Shown here piece after piece: positions 50,201 through 60,534 of a stretch of DNA of 64,000 nt (the first letter of the stretch is position 1; each line of letters starts with the position of its first letter). Location: positions 13,589,921 to 13,653,920 of the forward strand of contig CM082581.2 of the NCBI GenBank assembly GCA_040954595.2, read 5' to 3'. Below the pieces are notes generated by a model. It searched no databases. It saw only the letters and a program-made list of their open reading frames with translations, and had not been told where the DNA came from. The position numbers and the translations under genes are program-made. This DNA is from Balanoglossus misakiensis. Taxonomy: Eukaryota; Animalia; Hemichordata.

Positions 50201-53200
50201 AAGTTCGGAAAAGTCGAAAAATCGGCGATTTTGACGATTTTCCTGAGCTATAACCCATGATTTCTTCAAAAATCGACGAATTTCGAAAGTTCGGAAAAGT
50301 CGAAAAATCGGCGATTTTTGACGATTTTCCTGAGCTATAACCCATGATTTCTTCAAAAATCGACGAATTTCGAAATTTCGGAAAAGTCGAAAAATCGGCG
50401 ATTTTTGACGATTTTCCTGAGCTATAACCCATGATTTCTTGAAAAATTGGAGAAAATTTCGAGATTTGGAAAAGTCGAAAAATCGTCGATTTTTGATGAT
50501 TTTCCTGAGCTATAACCCATGATTTTTTCAAAAATCTGCGAAATTTCGAGATTTGGAAATGTCGAAAAATCGGCGATTTTTGACGATTTTCCTGAGCTAT
50601 ATCCCATGATTTCTTCAAAAATCGACGAATTTCGAAAGTTTGGAAAAGTCGAAAAATCGGCGATTTTTGACGATTTTCCTGAGCTATAACCCATGATTTC
50701 TTGAAAAATTGGAGAAAATTTCGAGATTTGGAAAAGTCGAAAAATCGTCGATTTTTGATGATTTTCCTGAGCTATAACCCATGATTTTTTCAAAAATCTG
50801 CGAAATTTCGAGATTTGGAAAAGTCGAAAAATCGGCGATTTTTGACGATTTTTCTGAGCTATAACCCATGATTTCTTCAAAAATCGACGAATTTCGAAAG
50901 TTCGGAAAAGTCGAAAAATCGGCGATTTTTGACGATTTTCCTGAGCTATAACCCATGATTTCTTCAAAAATCGACGAATTTCGAAATTTCGGAAAAGTCG
51001 AAAAATCGGCGATTTTTGACGATTTTCCTGAGCTATAACCCATGATTTCTTCAAAAATCGACGAATTTCGAAAGTTCGGAAAAGTCGAAAAATCGGCGAT
51101 TTTTGACGATTTTCCTGAGCTATAACCCATGATTTCTTCAAAAATCGACGAATTTCGAAAGTTCGGAAAAGTCGAAAAATCGGCGATTTTTGACGATTTT
51201 CCTGAGCTATAACCCATGATTTCTTCAAAAATCGACGAATTTCGAAAGTTCGGAAAAGTCGAAAAATCGGCGATTTTTGACGATTTTCCTGAGCTATAAC
51301 CCATGATTTCTTCAAAAATCGACGAATTTCGAAAGTTCGGAAAAGTCGAAAAATCGGCGATTTTTGACGATTTTCCTGAGCTATAACCCATGATTTCTTC
51401 AAAAATCGACGAATTTCGAAAGTTTGGAAAAGTCGAAAAATCGGCGATTTTTGACGATTTTCCTGAGCTATAACCCATGATTTCTTGAAAAATTGGAGAA
51501 AATTTCGAGATTTGGAAAAGTCGAAAAATCGTCGATTTTTGATGATTTTCCTGAGCTATAACCCATGATTTTTTCAAAAATCGGCGAAATTTCGAGATTT
51601 CGAAAAGTCGAAAAATCGGCGATTTTTGACGATTTTCCTGAGCTATAACCCATGATTTCTTCAAAAATTGACGAATTTCGAAAGTTCGGAAAAGTCGAAA
51701 ATTCGGCGATTTTTGACGATTTTCCTGAGCTATAACCCATGATTTCTTCAAAAATCGACGAATTTCGAAAGTTCGGAAAAGTCGAAAAATCGGCGATTTT
51801 TGACGATTTTCCTGAGTTATAACCCATGATTTCTTCAAAAATCGACGAATTTCGAAAGTTCGGAAAAGTCGAAAAATCGGCGATTTTTGACGATTTTCCT
51901 GAGCTATAACCCATGATTTCTTCAAAAATCGACGAATTTCGAAAGTTCGGAAAAGTCGAAAATTCGGCGATTTTTGACGATTTTCCTGAGCTATAACCCA
52001 TGATTTCTTCAAAAATCGACGAATTTCGAAAGTTCGGAAAAGTCGAAAAATCGGCGATTTTTGACGATTTTCTTGAGCTATAACCCATGATTTCTTCAAA
52101 AATCGACGAATTTCGAAAGTTCGGAAAAGTCGAAAAATCGGCGATTTTTGACGATTTTCCTGAGCTATAACCCATGATTTCTTCAAAAATCGACGAATTT
52201 CGAGATTTGGAAAAGTCGAAAAATCGGCGATTTTTGACGATTTTCCTGAGCTATAACCCATGATTTCTTGAAAAATTGGAGAAAATTTCGAGATTTAGAA
52301 AAGTCGAAAAATCGTCGATTTTTGATGATTTTCCTGAGCTATAACCCATGATTTTTTCAAAAATCGGCGAAATTTCGAGATTTGGAAAAGTCGAAAAATC
52401 GTCGATTTTTGACGATTTTCCTGAGCTATAACCCATGATTTCTTCAAAAATCGACGAATTTCGAAAGTTCGGAAAAGTCGAAAAATCGGCGATTTTTGAC
52501 GATTTTCCTGAGCTATAACCCATGATTTCTTCAAAAATCGACGAATTTCGAAAGTTCGGAAAAGTCGAAAAATCGGCGATTTTTGACGATTTTCCTTAGC
52601 TATAACCCATGATTTCTTCAAAAATCGACGAATTTCGAAAGTTCGGAAAAGTCGAAAAATCGGCGATTTTTGACGATTTTCCTGAGCTATAACCCATGAT
52701 TTCTTCAAAAATCGACGAATTTCGAAAGTTCGGAAAAGTCGAAAAATCGGCGATTTTTAACGATTTTCCTGAGCTATAACCCATGATTTCTTCAAAAATC
52801 GACGAATTTCGAAAGTTCGGAAAAGTCGAAAAATCGGCGATTTTTGACGATTTTCCTTAGCTATAACCCATGATTTCTTCAAAAATCGACGAATTTCGAA
52901 AGTTCGGAAAAGTCGAAAAATCGGCGATTTTTGACGATTTTCCTGAGCTATAACCCATGATTTCTTCAAAAATCGACGAATTTCGAAAGTTCGGAAAAGT
53001 CGAAAAATCGACGATTTTTGACGATTTTCCTGAGCTATAACCCATGATTTCTTCAAAAATCGACGAATTTCGAAAGTTCGGAAAAGTCGAAAAATCGGCG
53101 ATTTTTGACGATTTTCCTGAGCTATAACCCATGATTTCTTCAAAAATCGACGAATTTCGAAAGTTCGGAAAAGTCGAAAAATCGGCGATTTTTGACGATT

Positions 53201-56200
53201 TTCCTGAGCTATAACCCATGATTTCTTCAAAAATCGACGAATTTCGAAAGTTCGGAAAAGTCGAAAAATCGGCGATTTTTGACGATTTTCCTGAGCTATA
53301 ACCCATGATTTCTTCAAAAATCGACGAATTTCGAAAGTTTGGAAAAGTCGAAAAATCGGCGATTTTTGACGATTTTCCTGAGCTATAACCCATGATTTCT
53401 TGAAAAATTGGAGAAAATTTCGAGATTTGGAAAAGTCGAAAAATCGTCGATTTTTGATGATTTTCCTGAGCTATAACCCATGATTTTTTCAAAAATCGGC
53501 GAAATTTCGAGATTTGGAAAATTCGAAAAATCGGCGATTTTTGACGATTTTCCTGAGCTATAACCCATGATTTTTTCAAAAATCGGCGAAATTTCGAGAT
53601 TGGAAAAGTCGAAAAATCGGCGATTTTTGACGATTTTCCTGAGCTATAACCCATGATTTCTTCAAAAATCGACGAATTTCGAAAGTTCGGAAAAGTCGAA
53701 AAATCGGCGATTTTTGACGATTTTCCTGAGCTATAACCCATGATTTCTTCAAAAATCGACGAATTTCGAAAGTTCGGAAAAGTCGAAAAATCGGCGATTT
53801 TTGACGATTTTCCTGAGTTATAACCCATGATTTCTTCAAAAATCGACGAATTTCGAAAGTTCGGAAAAGTCGAAAAATCGGCGATTTTTGACGATTTTCC
53901 TGAGCTATAACCCATGATTTCTTCAAAAATCGACGAATTTCGAAAGTTCGGAAAAGTCGAAAATTCGGCGATTTTTGACGATTTTCCTGAGCTATAACCC
54001 ATGATTTCTTCAAAAATCGACGAATTTCGAAAGTTCGGAAAAGTCGAAAAATCGGCGATTTTTGACGATTTTCCTTAGCTATAACCCATGATTTCTTCAA
54101 AAATCGACGAATTTCGAAAGTTCGGAAAAGTCGAAAAATCGGCGATTTTTGACGATTTTCCTGAGCTATAACCCATGATTTCTTCAAAAATCGACGAATT
54201 TCGAAAGTTCGGAAAAGTCGAAAAATCGGCGATTTTTAACGATTTTCCTGAGCTATAACCCATGATTTCTTCAAAAATCGACGAATTTCGAAAGTTCGGA
54301 AAAGTCGAAAAATCGGCGATTTTTGACGATTTTCCTTAGCTATAACCCATGATTTCTTCAAAAATCGACGAATTTCGAAAGTTCGGAAAAGTCGAAAAAT
54401 CGGCGATTTTTGACGATTTTCCTGAGCTATAACCCATGATTTCTTCAAAAATCGACGAATTTCGAAAGTTCGGAAAAGTCGAAAAATCGACGATTTTTGA
54501 CGATTTTCCTGAGCTATAACCCATGATTTCTTCAAAAATCGACGAATTTCGAAAGTTCGGAAAAGTCGAAAAATCGGCGATTTTTGACGATTTTCCTGAG
54601 CTATAACCCATGATTTCTTCAAAAATCGACGAATTTCGAAAGTTCGGAAAAGTCGAAAAATCGGCGATTTTTGACGATTTTCCTGAGCTATAACCCATGA
54701 TTTCTTCAAAAATCGACGAATTTCGAAAGTTTGGAAAAGTCGAAAAATCGGCGATTTTTGACGATTTTCCTGAGCTATAACCCATGATTTCTTGAAAAAT
54801 TGGAGAAAATTTCGAGATTTGGAAAAGTCGAAAAATCGTCGATTTTTGATGATTTTCCTGAGCTATAACCCATGATTTTTTCAAAAATCGGCGAAATTTC
54901 GAGATTTGGAAAATTCGAAAAATCGGCGATTTTTGACGATTTTCCTGAGCTATAACCCATGATTTTTTCAAAAATCGGCGAAATTTCGAGATTTGGAAAA
55001 GTCGAAAAATCGGCGATTTTTGACGATTTTCCTGAGCTATAACCCATGATTTCTTCAAAAATCGACGAATTTCGAAAGTTCGGAAAAGTCGAAAAATCGG
55101 CGATTTTTGACGATTTTCCTGAGCTATAACCCATGATTTCTTCAAAAATCGACGAATTTCGAAAGTTCGGAAAAGTCGAAAAATCGGCGATTTTTGACGA
55201 TTTTCCTGAGTTATAACCCATGATTTCTTCAAAAATCGACGAATTTCGAAAGTTCGGAAAAGTCGAAAAATCGGCGATTTTTGACGATTTTCCTGAGCTA
55301 TAACCCATGATTTCTTCAAAAATCGACGAATTTCGAAAGTTCGGAAAAGTCGAAAATTCGGCGATTTTTGACGATTTTCCTGAGCTATAACCCATGATTT
55401 CTTCAAAAATCGACGAATTTCGAAAGTTCGGAAAAGTCGAAAAATCGGCGATTTTTGACGATTTTCTTGAGCTATAACCCACGATTTCTTCAAAAATCGA
55501 CGAATTTCGAAAGTTCGGAAAAGTCGAAAAATCGGCGATTTTTGACGATTTTCCTGAGCTATAACCCATGATTTCTTCAAAAATCGACGAATTTCGAGAT
55601 TTGGAAAAGTCGAAAAATCGGCGATTTTTGACGATTTTCCTGAGCTATAACCCATGATTTCTTGAAAAATTGGAGAAAATTTCGAGATTTAGAAAAGTCG
55701 AAAAATCGTCGATTTTTGATGATTTTCCTGAGGTATATAACCCATGATTTTTTCAAAAATCGGCGAAATTTCGAGATTTGGAAAAGTCGAAAAATCGTCG
55801 ATTTTTGACGATTTTCCTGAGCTATAACCCATGATTTCTTCAAAAATCGACGAATTTCGAAAGTTCGGAAAAGTCGAAAAATCGGCGATTTTTGACGATT
55901 TTCCTGAGCTATAACCCATGATTTCTTCAAAAATCGACGAATTTCGAAAGTTCGGAAAAGTCGAAAAATCGGCGATTTTTGACGATTTTCCTTAGCTATA
56001 ACCCATGATTTCTTCAAAAATCGACGAATTTCGAAAGTTCGGAAAAGTCGAAAAATCGGCGATTTTTGACGATTTTCCTGAGCTATAACCCATGATTTCT
56101 TCAAAAATCGACGAATTTCGAAAGTTCGGAAAAGTCGAAAAATCGGCGATTTTTGACGATTTTCCTGAGCTATAACCCATGATTTCTTCAAAAATCGACG

Positions 56201-59200
56201 ATTTTCGAAAGTTCGGAAAAGTCGAAAAATCGGCGATTTTTGACAATTTTCCTGAGCTATAACCCATGATTTTTTCAAAAATCGGCGAAATTTCGAGATT
56301 TGGAAAAGTCGAAAAATCGTCGATTTTTGACGATTTTCCTGAGCTATAACCCATGATTTCTTCAAAAATCGACGAATTTCGAAAGTTCGGAAAAGTCGAA
56401 AAATCGGCGATTTTTGACGATTTTCCTGAGCTATAACCCATGATTTCTTCAAAAATCGACGAATTTCGAAAGTTCGGAAAAGTCGAAAAATCGGCGATTT
56501 TAGACGATTTTCCTGAGCTATAACCCATGATTTTTTCAAAAATCGGCGAAATTTCGAGATTTGGAAAAGTCGAAAAATCGGCGATTTTTGATGATTTTCC
56601 TGAGCTATAACCCATGATTTTTTCAAAAATCGGCGAAATTTCGAGATTTGGAAAAGTCGAAAAATCGTCGATTTTTGATGATTTTCCTGAGCTATAACCC
56701 ATGATTTCTTCAAAATTCGACGAATTTCGAAAGTTCGGAAAAGTCGAAAAATCGGCGATTTTCGACGATTTTCCTGAGCTATAACCCATGATTTCTTGAA
56801 AAATTGGCGAAATTTCGAGATTTGGAAAAGTCGAAAAATCGGCGATTTTTGATGATTTTCCTGAGCTATAACCCATGATTTTTTCAAAAATCGGCGAAAA
56901 ATTTCGAGATTTGGAAAAGTCGAAAAATCGGCGATTTTTGATGATTTTCCTGAGCTATAACCCATGATTTTTTCAAAAAACGGCGAAATTTCGAGATTTG
57001 GAAAAGTCGAAAAATCGGCGATTTTTGATGATTTTCCTGAGCTATAACCTATGATTTTTTCAAAAATCGGCGAAATTTCGAGATTTGGAAAAGTCGAAAA
57101 ATCGGCGATTTTTGATGATTTTCCTGAGCTATAACCCATGATTTTTTCAAAAATCGGCGAAATTTCGAGATTTGGAAAAGTCGAAAAATCGGCGATTTTT
57201 GATGATTTTCCTGAGCTATAACCCATGATTTTTTCAAAAAACGGCGAAATTTCGAGATTTGGAAAAGTCGAAAAATCGGCGATTTTTGATGATTTTCCTG
57301 AGCTATAACCTATGATTTTTTCAAAAATCGGCGAAATTTCGAGATTTGGAAAAGTCGAAAAATCGGCGATTTTTGATGATTTTCCTGAGCTATAACCCAT
57401 GATTTTTTCAAAAATCGGCGAAATTTCGAGATTTGGAAAAGTCGAAAAATAGGCTATTTTTGATGATTTTCCTGAGCTATAACCCATGATTTTTTCAAAA
57501 ATCGGCGAAATTTCGAGATTTGGAAAAGTCGAAAAATCGGCGATTTTTGATGATTTTCCTGAGCTATAACCCATGATTTTTTCAAAAATCGGCGAAATTT
57601 CGAGATTTGGAAAAGTCGAAAAATCGGCGATTTTGATGATTTTCCTGAGCTATAACCCATGATTTTTTCAAAAATCGGCGAAATTTCGAGATTTGGGAAA
57701 GTCGAAAATTCGGCGATTTTTGATGATTTTCCTGAGCTATAACCCATGATATTTTCAAAAATCGGCGAAATTTCGAGATTTGGAAAAGTCGAAAAATCCG
57801 CGATTTTTGATGATTTTCCTGAGCTAAAACCCATGATTTCTTCAAAAATCGGCCCAAACACCAAATCTCAGGAGGTCGAGAAATCGTCGTTTTTCGACAG
57901 TTTTCATGAGCTATAGCCCATGAAAAGTGTCAAAACCGGCCAAAACACCAAATCTCAGGAGGTCGAGAAATCGTCGTTTTTCGACAGTTTTCATGAGCTA
58001 TAGCCCATGAAAAGTGTCAAAACCGGCCAAAACACCAAATATCAGAAGGGTGTGAATTCGTCGTTTTTCGACAGCTTTCATGAGCTATAATTTATCTTAC
58101 CTGTAGGCTGGATACGGGGATTCTTGCAACGGCTAGAATTCTATCTATCTGATCGACGTTGAAGTTTGAAAGACCAATGGCATTGCACAGACCGTCATCA
58201 ACAAGCTTTTCCATTGCCTGTAGATAAGGTTTATCATTTATGAACTGAATGCGCCCTCTTGCTTCGAGAAAAAAAGCAGCAAGATTTTCACAAAACTGTC
58301 CGAATCCTTGCTTTGAGAAGCACTACAGCAAGGACGCGAGGTACAAAATAGCCGCGAAAAAAGTTTAGACATAAAGTCCATCGAGCACTATCGAGTGTAT
58401 TGGCCGGATAAAGGCTGAAAACCGTCTCTCTCGTACCTTCATGGTCAAACATACCTGCCACGTATCGACGAAATCCGTGTCAGCAATTATCAATTTTCCA
58501 TTCTTATCCGACGGTTGAAGTGCTTCCCCTCTCTGGAAATGATTAGTGATTATAAAGTGTAGCTCTGTTATGGGAACTTGGGATATGGTCGAATGATTTG
58601 TAACGCCGATATCTTCAATTGTTTCAGTTTCAAACTTATACCGAATTTGTGTGAATTAAAGGAATGTTTCATTCTCCATTGGTCATGTTTATCATACGTA
58701 GACTTACCCGATATGCCATCGGATAATGCATCAAGTACAAATCCAAAAAGTCTAACTGCAGATTCTTCAACGTTCTCTGACAAGCCTTCTTAACATCCTC
58801 AGGATGATGATCAGAACACCACAGCTAACAAAAATATGTGGTTATTATTCAAGCATGGGTTTTATTCAGCAAAGCGGTGAATCTATACCATCTAGATGGA
58901 AGGAAAGGCTCTCAGGCGACTAAATCTAAACAGTTTTGACAACATCATGAAACTCAGACAACTATAGCTCCCCGGTCATCTAAAAAAATCTGAAGAAAAT
59001 ATAATGTATATGTTGTATTTTCATAATCATTAGAAATTGACGACATACCTTGCTACAAATAAACAAATCATCTCGTTTAACAATTCCTTTGTTCATGGTT
59101 TCTATCAGTGCCAAACCAATTTCAGCTTCGTTCTCATAGACATGAGCACAGTCGATATGACGATAGCCAACTTCAATGGCATACTGCACTGCTTTTCCTA

Positions 59201-59450
59201 CTGTCCTCTTTTTTGACTAAAAATAACAGCAGATATTGCAATTTCATTATTTATAAACTTTACATTATTTTTTTTTTCACAAAACCTCCACCCCCACTCT
59301 TTTTTGTGATCACTGCCTTAAACATAACTCAAGCAAATAAATCGAACTTAACTGCTGCGGCATCTAATACTCTAAACTCACCTTCCATGTTCCCAAACCA
59401 ATCAAAGGGATACTATTTCCTCCAGCTAAAGGATAACACTGTCCTGCCAT
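26244..59450 (-). CDS. AKR1B1: Aldo-keto reductase family 1 (aldose/aldehyde reductase-like), complete, 9 coding exons, 314 aa
   Basis: Exons 59450-59382 (MAGQ...GLGTWK), 59216-59049 ([14 protein letters not shown]...CSK), 58824-58708 (LW...LDLYLMHYP), 58532-58455 (DTWQ), 58217-58101 ([20 protein letters not shown]...LQ), 31926-31820 (VECHPCLTQ...[10 protein letters not shown]), 31670-31496 ([17 protein letters not shown]), 31270-31188 (IFDFKLS...LNR) and 26274-26244 (AADHPQYPF*). All junctions are GT-AG and in phase, 945 nt in total. The Asp/Tyr/Lys/His tetrad is intact. The symbol is a family-level assignment only. Confidence 0.95.
26510..26566. promoter_or_regulatory. Promoter-like motif cluster: palindromic E-box GTCACGTGAC and inverted CCAAT box
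   Basis: GTCACGTGAC at 26510-26519 and GATTGGTT at 26559-26566, in a locally CpG-richer stretch inside AKR intron 8. Confidence 0.4.
27960..28535. repeat. Tandem repeat, unit about 130-133 bp, about 4.3 copies
   Basis: TTAATACAGGTTTTTTAGATATGTTATCTTTCGTCATTATTCAATAAAAATAAAATAAAAACATACACGCACTC...CACGTATATAG repeated almost identically. Confidence 0.95.
28760..29195 (+). repeat. Tandem repeat, unit about 170 bp, about 2.5 copies, each shaped like exon plus 63-nt intron
   Basis: TTTTGCAG|AT(G/C)CAGAGACGAGATCAACTGATG...GGCAG|GTATGT(T/C)CCATGGCTGAACG starting at 28789, 28961 and 29131. Confidence 0.9.
29592..30799 (+). repeat. Pair of ~420-bp direct repeats (29592-30011 and 30379-30799) around a ~370-bp spacer
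   Basis: Both copies run TCGGTTTAATTTATTACAATTATGAGC...TAATACCCCAACAC with only a few differences. Confidence 0.95.
31442..31459 (+). repeat. Interstitial (TTAGGG)3
   Basis: TTAGGGTTAGGGTTAGGG in AKR intron 7. Confidence 0.8.
31942..48029 (+). repeat. 87-bp satellite, left arm, about 185 monomers
   Basis: Consensus ATGGGTTATAGCTCAGGAAAATCGTCAAAAATCGCCGA(T/A)TTTTCGACTTTTCCGAACTTTCGAAATTCGTCGATTTTTGAAGAAATC; very homogeneous. Confidence 0.99.
48038..58089 (-). repeat. 87-bp satellite, inverted right arm, about 115 monomers
   Basis: Reverse complement of the same monomer; two subtypes mixed, with three strongly diverged terminal monomers at ~57850-58089. Confidence 0.99.
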
Positions 59451-59816
59451 TGTAAGCGTTTGCTTCGATGTCACTACTATTAATTATGTGGGAAAATTAC
59501 AGCTATTAATATATGTATATATCGTATCATGTTTTGACTTGATTTTTTTCTGGAAGACTACAATTTCTGTGGGGGGAGAACAAAGTTTGATGTGTGTAAA
59601 AAAAAGGAAGAGGAGTTCAGGAGCAACCATACCATTAAAAAAACATTTCAAACTCTGCATTTTTTTCCATGAATCTTTACTGATAACTCCATCAATGATT
59701 CAACAATAACAGTTTTAAAAAGTTTACAAAAAACATATCATCTTGATATTTTTCTTTACAAATAGACAAGTTTCTGGTATATTTTAAGTGAAGCATATCT
59801 GTTCAAAATCTTCATT

Positions 59817-59863
59817 TTATCTAATATAAAACTTATCTAATATAAAACTTATCTAATATAAAA
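59817..59863. repeat. 16-bp tandem repeat x3
   Basis: TTATCTAATATAAAAC repeated three times between the REC8 3' end and the AKR start. Confidence 0.85.
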
Positions 59864-60534
59864 ACCAGTTTTTAATATAAATACATTAAAAACTTGTCTG
59901 TTTAGTGTTAGTGTATATTCAACAGTTTTGAAAAAGAATTCGAAAATTCATTTCAATCTGAAATTTTGAAAAAACACTGTAAGCCAGAATACAACTTTGA
60001 ACAGTATAAATATAAATACAATTGAACTTTAAAATATTTAATTTATATTAAGACCAATATTTCACGTGATTAGGCATGATTGAAATTCCTATGCCATAAA
60101 GGCAAAGTCAAATAAATTATGTTTAGTCATTAGCATAATCCCAAGTTTTAAAATAGGTTAGCAGGTAAAACAGCTTAATTTTTAAAATGAAAAATCAGTA
60201 CAAAAATTACTACAATGCTTATACAGCTGCATTATTACATTCATTGAAGGCAGTAAACACCTTGAAAATTAGCCTTAAAACTTTTCCCAAGGTAACTTCA
60301 GATTATTATTATTATTATTATGAGAATATGGCTACCAAACTCTGTGTTAACTGTATAGATTAAATAAAATGCAGTGATTTTTATGACGACAAGATGGTGA
60401 ACAACATACTTTCTTCTTTGTTTTCAAAAAGACTCCTCACACACAAGAATTGAAAAGTTTAGAGAACTGTCACTTTTCTGGATCTGTCCCTAAGGCACCT
60501 AATCCCTTGCTGCTGGCAATGTTCAGCGTGTCAC

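Larger units (their letters stand above)
31942..58089. mobile_element. Candidate foldback-like non-autonomous element with satellite-expanded inverted arms
   Basis: Ends are TA-TAGCTCA...TGAGCTA-TA at the same monomer phase, arms are inverted, the centre is 8 nt and no transposase is present. Mobility is inferred. Confidence 0.5.
31927..58100 (-). other. AKR intron 5, 26,174 nt, almost entirely palindromic satellite
   Basis: Donor CAG|GTAAGA at 58100 and acceptor TTCCTGTTTCAG|GTT at 31927 join ...SSLQ to VECHP... in phase 0. Confidence 0.93.

Noticed and set aside
31915-57864. Giant ORFs of up to 3834 aa made of 29-aa repeats ([14 protein letters not shown]... / [12 protein letters not shown]...)
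   Set aside because: The 87-bp unit is a multiple of three and stop-free in two frames. ORFs swap frames at single-base indels, mirror the array orientation and lie inside an AKR intron. There is no sign of coding constraint.
31942-58089. CRISPR array
   Set aside because: No unique spacers, no cas genes, and the context is eukaryotic and spliceosomal.
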